In this document: positions 35,995-44,967 of the stretch, piece by piece | How the letters are laid out: every line of letters begins with the position of its first letter | Numbering within the stretch: the stretch's first letter is position 1 | Origin: an uncultured Halobacteriales archaeon | GTDB taxonomy: Archaea; Halobacteriota; Halobacteria; Halobacteriales; Haloarculaceae | Direction: 5' to 3' | Assembly: GCA_964443815.1 (NCBI GenBank) | Contig: CAYUFG010000001.1 | Coordinates: forward strand, 1 to 55,868 | DNA: 55,868 nucleotides | Notes under the pieces: generated by a model | The model's input: only the letters and a program-made list of their open reading frames with translations | Database searches by the model: none | Told to the model about the DNA's origin: nothing | Made by a program: the position numbers and the translations under genes

Positions 35995-37164
35995 ATGGAC
36001 TTCGAACTGAGCGAGGAACAGCGACTGATCAGGCGGGAGATTCGGTCGCTCTGTGAGGATTTTGGCGACGAGTACTGGCGTGAGAAGGACGCAGCCCACG
36101 AGTTCCCGTGGGACTTCTTCGAGACTTTCGCCGACGCGGGCTGGTGTGGCGTCACCATCCCGACCGAGTACGGGGGCCAGGGGTACGGCCTGAGCGAATC
36201 GGCGATCGTCCAACAGGAACTCGCCCGCTCTGGTGCCGGCGCGGCCGGGGTGTCGGTCACGTCCCACCACGTCTTCAGTACGGCACCGCTCGTCGAGTTC
36301 GGCGACGAGGCGCACAAGGAGCGGTACCTGCCGAAGGTGGCGGCCGGCGACGTCATGGTCTCGACCGGCGTGACCGAGCCGAACGCCGGCTTGAATACGC
36401 CGACGATCGAGACTGTGGCCGAGCGCGACGGGGACCAGTACGTGATCAACGGCCAGAAGATCTGGACTTCCAAGGCCCAGGAGGCGGACGTGATCATGCT
36501 GCTGGCCCGGACCGAACCGTACGATCCGGACAACCGCCTCGACGGCATGACGCTGTTCTTCACCGAGTTCGACAAGGACATGGACGGCGTCACCGTCCAG
36601 GAGATTCCGAAGGCCGGCCGTGGCGCCTCGGACTCGAACGAGGTGTGGTTCGAGGAGTTCCGGGTGCCCGCCGCCGACGTGATCGGCGAGGCAGGACGCG
36701 GGTTCAAGTACCTCCTCTCCTTCGCGAACGCCGAGCGAGTCAACGTCGCCGCGAACTGCATCGGCATCGGCCAGGCCGCCCTCGACAGGGCGGCCGCGTA
36801 CGCGACCGAACGCGAAGTTTTCGATGGCCCGATCGGTGCCTACCAAGGCATCCAGCACCCCCTCGCCGAGTCGTGGACGAAACTCAAAGCCGACGAGGCA
36901 CTGATGTGGGAGGTCGCCTGGCTCTTCGAATCCGGCGAGGACTGTGGCGCGGAGGCCAACGCCCTGAAACTCCGAGCCAGTGAGGACGCGCTCGAGGCCT
37001 GCCGGCGCGCGGTCACGACCCACGGCGGCATGGGCTACGCCAAGGAGTACGACGTCGAGCGGTACTGGAAGGAGACGATGATTCAGGTGCTCGCGCCGGT
37101 GTCCGGCGAAATGATCAAAAATCACGTCGCCCAGCACGCCCTGGATCTCCCGCGGTCGTACTGA
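35995..37164 (+). CDS. Acyl-CoA dehydrogenase (paralog A)
   Basis: 389 aa with the ACAD layout: GVTEPNAGLNTPTIET...VINGQKIWTS, GRGFKYLLSFANAERVNVAANCIGIGQAALD, REVFDGPIGAYQGIQHPLAE and THGGMGYAKEYDVERYW. It is near-identical in length and sequence to 53362-54531. Confidence 0.9.
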   Translation: MDFELSEEQRLIRREIRSLCEDFGDEYWREKDAAHEFPWDFFETFADAGWCGVTIPTEYGGQGYGLSESAIVQQELARSGAGAAGVSVTSHHVFSTAPLVEFGDEAHKERYLPKVAAGDVMVSTGVTEPNAGLNTPTIETVAERDGDQYVINGQKIWTSKAQEADVIMLLARTEPYDPDNRLDGMTLFFTEFDKDMDGVTVQEIPKAGRGASDSNEVWFEEFRVPAADVIGEAGRGFKYLLSFANAERVNVAANCIGIGQAALDRAAAYATEREVFDGPIGAYQGIQHPLAESWTKLKADEALMWEVAWLFESGEDCGAEANALKLRASEDALEACRRAVTTHGGMGYAKEYDVERYWKETMIQVLAPVSGEMIKNHVAQHALDLPRSY

Positions 37165-37170
37165 GAACGC

Positions 37171-38064
37171 TCAGTCGACCATTCCGAAGGCGCGGGCGCG
37201 CTCGAGTACCTGCTCGGCGGTCTTGATGTGGGCGATGTCGATCATGTCGCCCTCGTACTCGACGGCGGCCCGGGCCTCTTCGAGCTCCGCCCGATCCATC
37301 TCCTCCATGAGGCCCTGGTAGTACTCGACCTCTTCCTCGTCTGGCGTGAAGATCTCGTTGATCGGCTCGATGTGACTCGGGTGGATGACGTGGTACGAGG
37401 TGTACCCGATCTCCTTCAGCATCTGCGCCTCGTTCTTCAGGCCCTCGACGTCCTCGATGTCGGTCCAGGCCCCGCCGGTGATCTCGGGGATCTCCGCGGC
37501 CCGGCCCTCCATGTTGATCTTCGAGAGCATGTACTGCTTCTCGTGGCCCTCCGCCGTCCACTCCCAGTTGAGCGCCCGCTGGATGTCGGCGCCGCGTGAG
37601 GTGCCACCGGAGATGGAGTAGACCCGGTCGCTCGCCGTACACAGCTCGTAGGCGTTGTACATGCCCTTGGCCGTCTCGGGGACGATCAGGATCTGTGTCG
37701 GGTCGTCGATGTCACGCACGTCTTCGAGGTAAGTGAGCACGGAGTCGGCGTGCTTGATCTCGTCGGGCTCCATCGCCTTCGGCACGACGATGCCGTCGAG
37801 CCGCTCGTGGACGATCTCCTTGAGATCCTGCTCGAGGAGTCCCGTCTCGGGCGCGTTCACACGCGCCGTGACGTTGATGTCGTACTCGTCGAGTGCGTCG
37901 TAGGCGTCTCGGAGGATCTCGCGGGCTTCCTGTTTCTCGGCCGGCGGGACGGAGTCCTCGATGTCGAAGATGTAGCCGTCCGCGTCGAAGTTCTCCGGGG
38001 CGTCACGCACCCAGTCCTCGTTGTTGGCCGGGATGAACAGCATCGACCGGAACGGGTCCATCAT
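37171..38064 (-). CDS. HpcH/HpaI-family CitE-like acyl-CoA lyase (citramalyl-/malyl-/beta-methylmalyl-CoA lyase type)
   Basis: I start at ATG 38064 (MMDPFRSMLFIPANNEDWVRDAPENFDADGYIFDIEDSVPPAEKQEAR...), giving 297 aa. LIVPETAKGM fits the CitE Mg/substrate motif. It has an ATGA overlap with the MaoC gene stop (38061-38064). The upstream part of track ORF 37171-38430 is R-rich and rejected. Confidence 0.85.
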   Translation of the reverse strand: MMDPFRSMLFIPANNEDWVRDAPENFDADGYIFDIEDSVPPAEKQEAREILRDAYDALDEYDINVTARVNAPETGLLEQDLKEIVHERLDGIVVPKAMEPDEIKHADSVLTYLEDVRDIDDPTQILIVPETAKGMYNAYELCTASDRVYSISGGTSRGADIQRALNWEWTAEGHEKQYMLSKINMEGRAAEIPEITGGAWTDIEDVEGLKNEAQMLKEIGYTSYHVIHPSHIEPINEIFTPDEEEVEYYQGLMEEMDRAELEEARAAVEYEGDMIDIAHIKTAEQVLERARAFGMVD

Positions 38065-38537
38065 TCGAGGGCCTCCTCGTGGTACATCAGGGCCGCCCGC
38101 TGGCACTCGCAGATCAGGTCGCCGTCCTGGTTGTGACCGCGATGCTTGAACTGGACGATGCCGCTGTCGTCGCGGGAGTCCGACAGCCGCTTGTCGAGGA
38201 TCTCCGTCTCGGCGTAGATGGTGTCGCCCGCGAAGACGGGGTTGGGGAACGAGATCTCCTCGAAGCCGAGATTGGCGACGGTCGTCCCGAGCGTGAGGTC
38301 GTGGACCTGCATCCCGGTGACGACACCGAGCGTGAAGATGCTGTTGACCAGCCGCTCGCCGAACGGCGTGTCCTTGGAGTGGTGGGCGTCGATATGCAGC
38401 GGCTGCAGGTTGACCGTCATCAGCGACCACATCGTGTTGTCGGCCTCGGTCACCGTCCGCCCGGGCCGGTGTTCGTAGACTTGGCCCACCTCCAGTTCCT
38501 CGTAATACTTGCCGCGTGTGCGCTCTGGCATAGCCAC
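38061..38537 (-). CDS. MaoC-family (R)-specific enoyl-CoA hydratase/dehydratase, single hot-dog domain
   Basis: 158 aa. Motifs are GRTVTEADNTMWSLMTVNLQPLHID, ERLVNSIFTLGVVTG and FPNPVFAGDTIYAETEILDKR, typical of MaoC dehydratases. Confidence 0.85.
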   Translation of the reverse strand: MAMPERTRGKYYEELEVGQVYEHRPGRTVTEADNTMWSLMTVNLQPLHIDAHHSKDTPFGERLVNSIFTLGVVTGMQVHDLTLGTTVANLGFEEISFPNPVFAGDTIYAETEILDKRLSDSRDDSGIVQFKHRGHNQDGDLICECQRAALMYHEEALE

Positions 38538-38590
38538 GCTAGTCGTCAGAGGTTCCCAAGATAAAGGTTGTCAAACCGCCCGACGTCGCC

Positions 38591-39373
38591 TCAGTCCTCG
38601 TAGAGCGACCGCCCCTGCGTCATGACCTGTGCGCCGTGTCTGGCCCCTTCCTGTGTCTCGACGGCGCCCGCGAGCGACGCGCTGATGGCCTCCCGGCGGA
38701 CGTCCTTCATGGCTTCGAGCATCTCCGTCCCGACGTCGTTGCCGGCGGTGTTGTCGGCGATGGTCCGGGCCATGTCGAGCGTCGCGTCGCGCACGTCGTC
38801 GGGGTCGACGACGCGGTTGACGAGCCCCATGTCGACCAGCCGGTCGGCATCCGCCGTCCCGGGCTTGCCCATGAGGACCAGCTCGAGAGCGTTCCCCGTC
38901 CCGACGCGCTCTGCGAGGTAGACGGCCAGCTCGGCCGGCGCGATGTCGTACTCGACCTCGGGCAGCCAGTAGGCGACGTCGCGGCCGGCCACGCGCATGT
39001 CTGCGGCGGCGAAGAAACTCCCGCCGAGCCCGACGACCGCGCCCTGGGCGCCGGCGATCGTGGGGACCGGTCCGTTGCGGATCCAGTCGAACACCGGTCG
39101 GCGGTAATCGTGGACGCGGTCCATCTCCTCGGGGTCGTTCCCCTGGACGAGGTTGACGTCCGCGCCGGCCGAGAAGACGGGACCCTCGGCAGTGATCGCG
39201 ACGGCCCGGAGCGCGTCGTTCTCGACGAGGTGGCCCTTCGTGAGCTCGAAGAGGTCGGCGGCTAAGCCGAGCGAGAAGGCGTTGCGCTTCTCGGGATCGG
39301 CGAGGCGCAGCTCGCCGACGCCGTCCGAAATATCGAGTTCGACGCACTCGTTGTCACCGGTATAGGTTGGCAT
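38591..39373 (-). CDS. Enoyl-CoA hydratase/isomerase (crotonase) family protein
   Basis: I start at ATG 39373 (MPTYTGDNECVELDISDGVGELRLADPEKRNAF...), giving 260 aa. The oxyanion-hole segments are VFSAGADV and GAVVGLGGSFFAAADMRV. LPEVEYDI keeps one of the two canonical Glu residues. The 5' extension of the track ORF to 40279 is antisense to the ADH gene and rejected. Confidence 0.85.
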   Translation of the reverse strand: MPTYTGDNECVELDISDGVGELRLADPEKRNAFSLGLAADLFELTKGHLVENDALRAVAITAEGPVFSAGADVNLVQGNDPEEMDRVHDYRRPVFDWIRNGPVPTIAGAQGAVVGLGGSFFAAADMRVAGRDVAYWLPEVEYDIAPAELAVYLAERVGTGNALELVLMGKPGTADADRLVDMGLVNRVVDPDDVRDATLDMARTIADNTAGNDVGTEMLEAMKDVRREAISASLAGAVETQEGARHGAQVMTQGRSLYED

Positions 39374-39482
39374 ACGGCCCCGTCGGGGGATGGCGGGATA
39401 AGTCTGGTTTTGCGCCGACACCGTGGCGGTGGGTCGCCATCTGGACGCAGTTTTAATGCACCCGTGGGCGAAGCCGGCGCCC

Positions 39483-40652
39483 ATGCACCAACTCGTCGAG
39501 CAGTTCGACTTCGCCGCCCCCGACAACATTCGCTTCGGCCGCGGTAGCGTCGCCGATGCCGGCGAGTACGCCGCCAGCCTGGGCGACGCGGCGCTCGTCG
39601 TGACCGATCCGGGCATTATCGACGCCGGTCTCGTCGACCCGGTCATCGAGGCACTCGAGGCCGCCGATATCGACGTCGACGTCTTCGACGGGGTCGAGCC
39701 CGATCCGGGCGTCTCGAACGTCCTCGCGTGTGCGGAGGCGGCGGAGTCGTCGAACGCGGACTGCCTCCTGGGCCTCGGTGGCGGCAGTTCGATGGACACC
39801 GCGAAGACGGCGTCCGTGGTGCTGACCAACGACGTGCCCATCGACGAGCTGTTCGGACGGAACAACGTCCCTCTCGACGGCCAGCCGACGATCCTCGCTC
39901 CGACCACCACGGGCACCGGTAGTGAGGTGTCGCCGGCCGCGGTCTTCTTCGACGACCGACCCGAGGGGAGCGGCGAGAAGGAGGCGGTGCTCGACGAGGC
40001 GCTGTTCGCGAACACTGCACTCGTCGATCCCGACCTCTCGATGCACCTGCCCGCCCCCATCACCGCCGCCACCGGCGTCGACGCCTTCTGCCACGCCATG
40101 GGGTCGTACATGTCGACCACGTCGAACACCTTCGCCGACGCCATCTGTGGCGAGGCGATGGCGCTGCTCGAGACGCACCTCAGAGACGCGACATACCACG
40201 GCGCTGACGCCCCCGAGGCCCGCGAAAAGGTCGCCCTCGCGGCGACGATGGCCATGCTCGGCCGCGTGAACGGCGGCAAGGCGGCCGTCCACTCGATCGC
40301 CTACGGCGTCCAGGCGATGTACGACGTCCCCCACGCAGAGGCCATTTCGATGGTCCTCCCGGAAGTGGTCGAGTACAACCTGCCCGCGACGGTCGAGAAG
40401 TTCGCCGACCTCGGCACGCGACTGTACGGCGCCGAGGGCAACCCCCGCGACCGGGCGGAGACGCTCGTCGACGGCGTCTACCGGCTCCGTGACGACCTCG
40501 ACCTCGACCGCCGGCTCACGGACGTCGGCGCGACGGATGGTGACATGCCCGACCTCGCCGAGCTCGCGACCCACTCCCAGCGTCACCTCGACCCGAACCC
40601 ACGGCCGCTCGACGCCGACGACGCGGCGGACATCCTGGCGGCGGTCTGGTGA
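39483..40652 (+). CDS. Iron-containing (group III) alcohol dehydrogenase
   Basis: I start at ATG 39483 (MHQLVEQFDFAAPDNIRFGRGS...), giving 389 aa. GLGGGSSMDTAK is the nucleotide motif. The metal-binding His region is ...FCHAMGSY...HSIAYGV.... Confidence 0.85.
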   Translation: MHQLVEQFDFAAPDNIRFGRGSVADAGEYAASLGDAALVVTDPGIIDAGLVDPVIEALEAADIDVDVFDGVEPDPGVSNVLACAEAAESSNADCLLGLGGGSSMDTAKTASVVLTNDVPIDELFGRNNVPLDGQPTILAPTTTGTGSEVSPAAVFFDDRPEGSGEKEAVLDEALFANTALVDPDLSMHLPAPITAATGVDAFCHAMGSYMSTTSNTFADAICGEAMALLETHLRDATYHGADAPEAREKVALAATMAMLGRVNGGKAAVHSIAYGVQAMYDVPHAEAISMVLPEVVEYNLPATVEKFADLGTRLYGAEGNPRDRAETLVDGVYRLRDDLDLDRRLTDVGATDGDMPDLAELATHSQRHLDPNPRPLDADDAADILAAVW

Positions 40653-40659
40653 TCTCGGC

Positions 40660-41856
40660 TCAGTCGTCGAACGCGCCGGCGTCCCGCAACGTCTCGATCT
40701 CGTCGTCGGCGAAGCCCAGCTCCGCGAGCACCTGGTCGACGTGCTCGCCGAGGCCTGGGGGATTCCGCGCGCTCGTGGGTTGGATTCGATCGCCCACGAT
40801 CGGCGTGAGCATCGCCTGGAACGCCCCGCCGTCGTCCCGCTCGCTCTCGGTCAGCATGCCCGCCGCCTGCAGCTGTGGGTCGTCGACGAGATCCGATGGA
40901 TCCGAGATCGGCGCGGCGGGGATGCCTGCCTCGTAGCACGCCTCGAGGATCTCGTCGCGGTCCCACTCTCCGATCTCCGATTGGACGATGTCGACCATCT
41001 CCGGGGTGCGCTCGAGTCGCTTGGCGTGGGTCTCGTACCGGTCGTCAGTGATGAGGTCCGCCCGGTCGAGGATGTCACAGAGCGATTCGTACTGGCCCTG
41101 GCTCACGACGCCGATGAACAGCCACTCGTCGTCCCGGCTCTCGAACACGTCGTAGATCGGCATCGCCGGGTGGGACGCCCCCAGCGGCTCCGGGTCGTAG
41201 CCCTGGAACTGCGTGAACGCCACCCAGTACCACATCCAGTTCGTCATCGACTCGAAGAGCGTCGCGGTCACCTTCTGGCCCTCGCCGGTTCGCTCCCGCT
41301 CCAGCAAGGCGGTGACGATGCCGATGGCGCCGAACATGCCGGCGGCGATGTCCGCGATCGAGGTGCCCGCTCTGATCGGCTTGCCACCCTTCTCGCCGGT
41401 CATCTGCATGAACCCCGACATGGCCTCGGCGACGACGTCCATCGAGGCCCGGTCGCCGTACGGCCCCTCGAAGAACCCCTTGATCGAGAGGTAGACCAGT
41501 GCTGGGTTGTCCTTCCGGAGGTCCTCGTATCCGATGCCGAGTCGCTCGACGGCGTCCGGCCCGAGGTTCTCGACGACGACGTCCGCCTCGCTCGCGAGGC
41601 GTTCGTACACCTCGCGGCCCTCGTCGGACTTGAGGTCGAGCGTGATCGAACGCTTGTTACGGTTGAGCGTCTGGAACATGGCGTCACCGGCCTCCCCGGC
41701 CGTCCGCATGCGGTCGCCACCGCCGGGTTGCTCGACCTTGATGACGTCCGCACCGAGGTCCGCGAGCGTGAGCGTGGTGATCGGCCCGGCGACGATCTGG
41801 CCGAGCTCGACGACCGTGTAGCCCGACAGCGGGAGGTCCTCGTCGGCTGCTGGCAT
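40660..41856 (-). CDS. Family III (CaiB/BaiF) CoA-transferase
   Basis: 398 aa with GYTVVELGQIVAGPITTLTLADLGADVIKVEQP and SIKGFFEGPYGDRASMDVVAEAMSG. Confidence 0.9.
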   Translation of the reverse strand: MPAADEDLPLSGYTVVELGQIVAGPITTLTLADLGADVIKVEQPGGGDRMRTAGEAGDAMFQTLNRNKRSITLDLKSDEGREVYERLASEADVVVENLGPDAVERLGIGYEDLRKDNPALVYLSIKGFFEGPYGDRASMDVVAEAMSGFMQMTGEKGGKPIRAGTSIADIAAGMFGAIGIVTALLERERTGEGQKVTATLFESMTNWMWYWVAFTQFQGYDPEPLGASHPAMPIYDVFESRDDEWLFIGVVSQGQYESLCDILDRADLITDDRYETHAKRLERTPEMVDIVQSEIGEWDRDEILEACYEAGIPAAPISDPSDLVDDPQLQAAGMLTESERDDGGAFQAMLTPIVGDRIQPTSARNPPGLGEHVDQVLAELGFADDEIETLRDAGAFDD

Positions 41857-41981
41857 GGTGTTGGCAGGCCCTACATGGTCACCCCTCAGATACCCTTCGA
41901 AACGGCGACTTCGGCTGCCGGTGGCGTGACCCCCATTCCTCGTGAGAATCTTTATGCCCGAACTCGGAGTACGCCGCCGGC

Positions 41982-42950
41982 ATGGACCTCAGTATCAAGC
42001 CCTCCCAGGGCGCCGACGAGTTCGACGCGATGCTCGAGCAGGCCGTCCGGGCGGACGACCTCGGTTTCTCGGGTGTTTACCTCTCCGAGCACCACGGCCA
42101 TCCGATCTACTGGCCGACGCCGGTGCTCGCGCTCGGGGCCATCGCCTCCCACACCGAACACGTCGATCTCGGGACGGCGGTCAAACTCCTGCCGCTGCAC
42201 AATCCCGTCCACCTCGCCGGTCGGATCGCCCTGCTCGACCGCATGTCCGACGGGCGGGCGCGCATGGGCTTCGGCCTCGGGTGGGACCACGACGAGTTCG
42301 ACGCCTATGGAGTGCCGAGATCCGAGCGAGGCGCACGCATGACCGAGTACCTCGAACTCATGAACGACCTGTTCGAGCCGGGGTCGACGACGTTCGACGG
42401 CGACTTCTACGCCTTCGAGGACTTCGAACTGTTTCCTCGACACGCCAGCGACCCGCGGCCGGGGATGCTCGTCGGCGGAACGAGCGATCAGGCCTACCAC
42501 CGCGCAAGCAACCTGGCCGACGGCTGGATCTCGCCGGGTGGCGACCTCGACGAACTCGCCACCTACGCCCGGGAGTTTCGAGACTCCGGTGACGGTGACG
42601 TCGTGATCACCAATCAGGGAACGGTCGTCCGCGACACGTCGGAAGCGGCCCTCGACGGCCTCGAACGGCTCAAGCGGGCGTTTCACGAGCCGCTGATCGA
42701 GCGCGGCCATCCGTACTCACCCTCCCAGCAGGAACTCGAGGACATGTTCTCGGGTGACTTCCGTGGGTACGTCGACGAGCGGGCCCTGGTCGCCGGCACA
42801 CCCGACCAGGCCATCGAGAAGCTGCAACGAATCGAAGACGAGACCGGCGCCGACGAGATCGTCCTCCGGATCTCCACGTGCGGCCTGCCGAAAGACGAGG
42901 GGCTGGAGACGCTCGACCTCCTGGCCGAGGAGGTGCTGCCCTCCTTCTAG
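41982..42950 (+). CDS. LLM class flavin/F420-dependent oxidoreductase
   Basis: 322 aa with LGFSGVYLSEHHG, LGTAVKLLPLHNPVHLAGRIALLDRMSDGRARMGFGLGW, ERGARMTEYLELMNDLF and AEEVLPSF. Confidence 0.85.
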   Translation: MDLSIKPSQGADEFDAMLEQAVRADDLGFSGVYLSEHHGHPIYWPTPVLALGAIASHTEHVDLGTAVKLLPLHNPVHLAGRIALLDRMSDGRARMGFGLGWDHDEFDAYGVPRSERGARMTEYLELMNDLFEPGSTTFDGDFYAFEDFELFPRHASDPRPGMLVGGTSDQAYHRASNLADGWISPGGDLDELATYAREFRDSGDGDVVITNQGTVVRDTSEAALDGLERLKRAFHEPLIERGHPYSPSQQELEDMFSGDFRGYVDERALVAGTPDQAIEKLQRIEDETGADEIVLRISTCGLPKDEGLETLDLLAEEVLPSF

Positions 42951-44869
42951 TCGCGACGCGGGAAGTCCTCGAGCGCCTCGCCGCGGTCGAGCGTCGAGAC
43001 GTCGCCCGCCGAGCCGGTCAGGTAGACGTCCTTGAACCGGCCACGGGGAAGCTTGCCCGTCTGGGTGCGCGGGAGGAACTCCACGACGTACACCCGCGCG
43101 GGCCGGAAGGGCGCGCCGAGGGTGTCGGTGACCGCCGCCTGGACGGCCGACTCGACGTCGTCGGGCGCCTCATCGGTGACGGTCACGAAGGCCACGGGCA
43201 CCGTGTTGCCGCTGTCGGCCTCGACGTCGATCACGGCGGCGTCGTCGACGCCAGTCGTGCCCAAAATCGCCTCCTCGAGTTCCGGTGCGGTGATGCGCCG
43301 GCCGGAGACGTTCATCGTGTCGTCCGCCCGGCCGGTGATGTACCAGAAGCCGTCGTCGTCGATCTCGACCCAGTCGTTCTGGTTCCACACGCCCTCGAAG
43401 TCGCTCCAGTACTCCTCGAGGTACCGCTCGTCGCCGGCGGTCAGGCTGTGGGTCATCCCCGGTTTGGGCAGGTCACAGACGAGGTACCCCTCGTCGGCCG
43501 AGTTGCCGTCCTCGTCGTAGACGTCGACGGAGACGCCCGCCTGGGCGCCCCACAGCGAGCCGGGCTTGAGCTGCGTCAGCGGCGACGGCGCGAGGATGCC
43601 GCCACAGAGCTCGGTCCCTCCGGAGTCGTTGATGATCGGCAGGTGACCGCCGCCGACGGCTTCGAAGTACCACTGCCAGGTCTCCCGGTCCCACGGTTCC
43701 CCGGTGGAGCCGAGTACGCGGAGCGACGAGAGGTCGTTGTCCTCGCGCGGTGTCTCGTTTTCGGTGCGCATGCCTCTGGCGCCGGTCGGACTGATGCCGA
43801 GCGTCGTGATGTCGAACTCCTCGACGAGCCGCCAGAGGCGTTCGCCGTCGGGGTGGTTGGGGGCGCCGCCGACGAGGCCGACCGTCGCTCCCAGGCCCGA
43901 GGCGGTCATGAGCCACGCGGGCACGACCACCCACCCGAAGTCCGTCACCCACGTGAAGGTGTCTCCCTCGGAGACGTCGAACTGGTACTTCATCTCGCGC
44001 ATGCCGTCCGCGACCATCGCGCTGTGGGTGTGGATCGTCCCCTTGGGTTTGCCCGTCGTTCCCGAGGAGTAGGCGATGAAGGCGGTGTGATCGGCGTCGA
44101 CGATCTCCGTCTCGGCTGTCTCGGGCTGGTCGGCGCGGAACGTCTCCCACGTGATCGTGTCGACGCCCCTGAGGGTGTTCTCGGAGCCGATGCGGTCGTA
44201 CGTGACGACGGTGTCGATGACGGGCGTCTCGTCGACCACCTCGTCGAACTTTTCGACCAAGTCGTGGGCCTCGCCCATCCGGCGGTAGCCGTCGGCGAGG
44301 ACGACCAGCTCGGCCTCGGCGTCTTCGAGCCGCTGGGAGATGGCCGTCGCACCGTAGCCGGCGAAGATCTGCGTCTGGACCGCGCCGATCTGCAGACAGG
44401 CGAGCGAGGTGACGATCGCGTCGGGGTGCAGCGGAAAGATGATGCCCACCGTGTCGCCCTTTCCGATGCCGTGCTCTCGCAGCGCGTTCGCGACCCGGTT
44501 AGTCTCCGCGGCGAGTTCCGCGTAGGTGTACTCGAGTGTCTCGCCCTCCTCGCCCTCCCAGACGTACGCCGTCCGATTCGGGGCTCGCTCGACCCATTGG
44601 TCGAGCAGCGTCTCCGTCGCGTTCAGCCGGCCGCCCACGAACCAGTCGGCGAACGCGTAGCCATCGCTCGTGTCGAGCACCTCGTCGTAGTCACGATCCC
44701 AGACCACGCCGACGTCCCGCTCGGCCGCCTCCCAGAAGGCCGCCAGCTCCGCCTCCGTATCCGGGACGACGTCGGCGTAGGTCTCGTAGCCGTACTCGTC
44801 CATGAACCGGGCGATGTTGCTCTGCGTTCGGTAGTACCCGTAGGGTTCCCAGGCGATGTCGGTTGGCAT
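42947..44869 (-). CDS. AMP-forming acyl-CoA synthetase (acetyl-CoA synthetase-like, ANL superfamily)
   Basis: 640 aa. It has an ACS-like N-terminal region (FWEAAERDV...WF.GGRLN), the AMP motif IAYSSGTTGKPKGTIHTH, and YWYITGRADDTMNVSGRRI plus C-terminal PRTQTGKLPR. Confidence 0.9.
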   Translation of the reverse strand: MPTDIAWEPYGYYRTQSNIARFMDEYGYETYADVVPDTEAELAAFWEAAERDVGVVWDRDYDEVLDTSDGYAFADWFVGGRLNATETLLDQWVERAPNRTAYVWEGEEGETLEYTYAELAAETNRVANALREHGIGKGDTVGIIFPLHPDAIVTSLACLQIGAVQTQIFAGYGATAISQRLEDAEAELVVLADGYRRMGEAHDLVEKFDEVVDETPVIDTVVTYDRIGSENTLRGVDTITWETFRADQPETAETEIVDADHTAFIAYSSGTTGKPKGTIHTHSAMVADGMREMKYQFDVSEGDTFTWVTDFGWVVVPAWLMTASGLGATVGLVGGAPNHPDGERLWRLVEEFDITTLGISPTGARGMRTENETPREDNDLSSLRVLGSTGEPWDRETWQWYFEAVGGGHLPIINDSGGTELCGGILAPSPLTQLKPGSLWGAQAGVSVDVYDEDGNSADEGYLVCDLPKPGMTHSLTAGDERYLEEYWSDFEGVWNQNDWVEIDDDGFWYITGRADDTMNVSGRRITAPELEEAILGTTGVDDAAVIDVEADSGNTVPVAFVTVTDEAPDDVESAVQAAVTDTLGAPFRPARVYVVEFLPRTQTGKLPRGRFKDVYLTGSAGDVSTLDRGEALEDFPRRD

Positions 44870-44967
44870 GCCACCGGGTTCCAGTAGTGGCCTATTGCCT
44901 GTTACGGAACACCAAAAATTTGTGATGATTTATCCGTCTGCACGGCCGCAGTCAAGCGATGGCGTCC

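Noticed and set aside
35290-37137. Very long ORFs in the supplied track lie antisense to, or out of frame with, recognised genes. Examples are 35290-37137 (615 aa), 42878-44887 (669 aa), 45745-47901 (718 aa), 40489-42342 (617 aa), 22839-24527 (562 aa), 6050-7501 (483 aa), 13220-14452 (410 aa), 53308-54492 (394 aa) and 10966-12084 (372 aa).
   Set aside because: Each is the mirror of an ORF with clear family motifs. Their translations are R/G/V/P/D-rich with no recognisable domain, and they lack the acidic, low-Lys signature of the real proteins here. In DNA this GC-rich, stop codons are rare in the wrong frames, so long antisense ORFs are expected by chance.
38591-40279. N-terminal extensions of track ORFs beyond the start I chose: 38591-40279, 8924-10459, 26273-27724, 37171-38430, 52416-53522, 17400-18155, 10384-12480, 13259-14536, 28632-29345, 35251-35958, 39423-40652, 53254-54531 and 21047-21745.
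   Set aside because: The family-homologous part begins at an internal ATG in every case. The upstream parts are basic or low-complexity and overlap the neighbouring gene or its antisense strand. Start positions remain approximate without ribosome profiling or N-terminal data.
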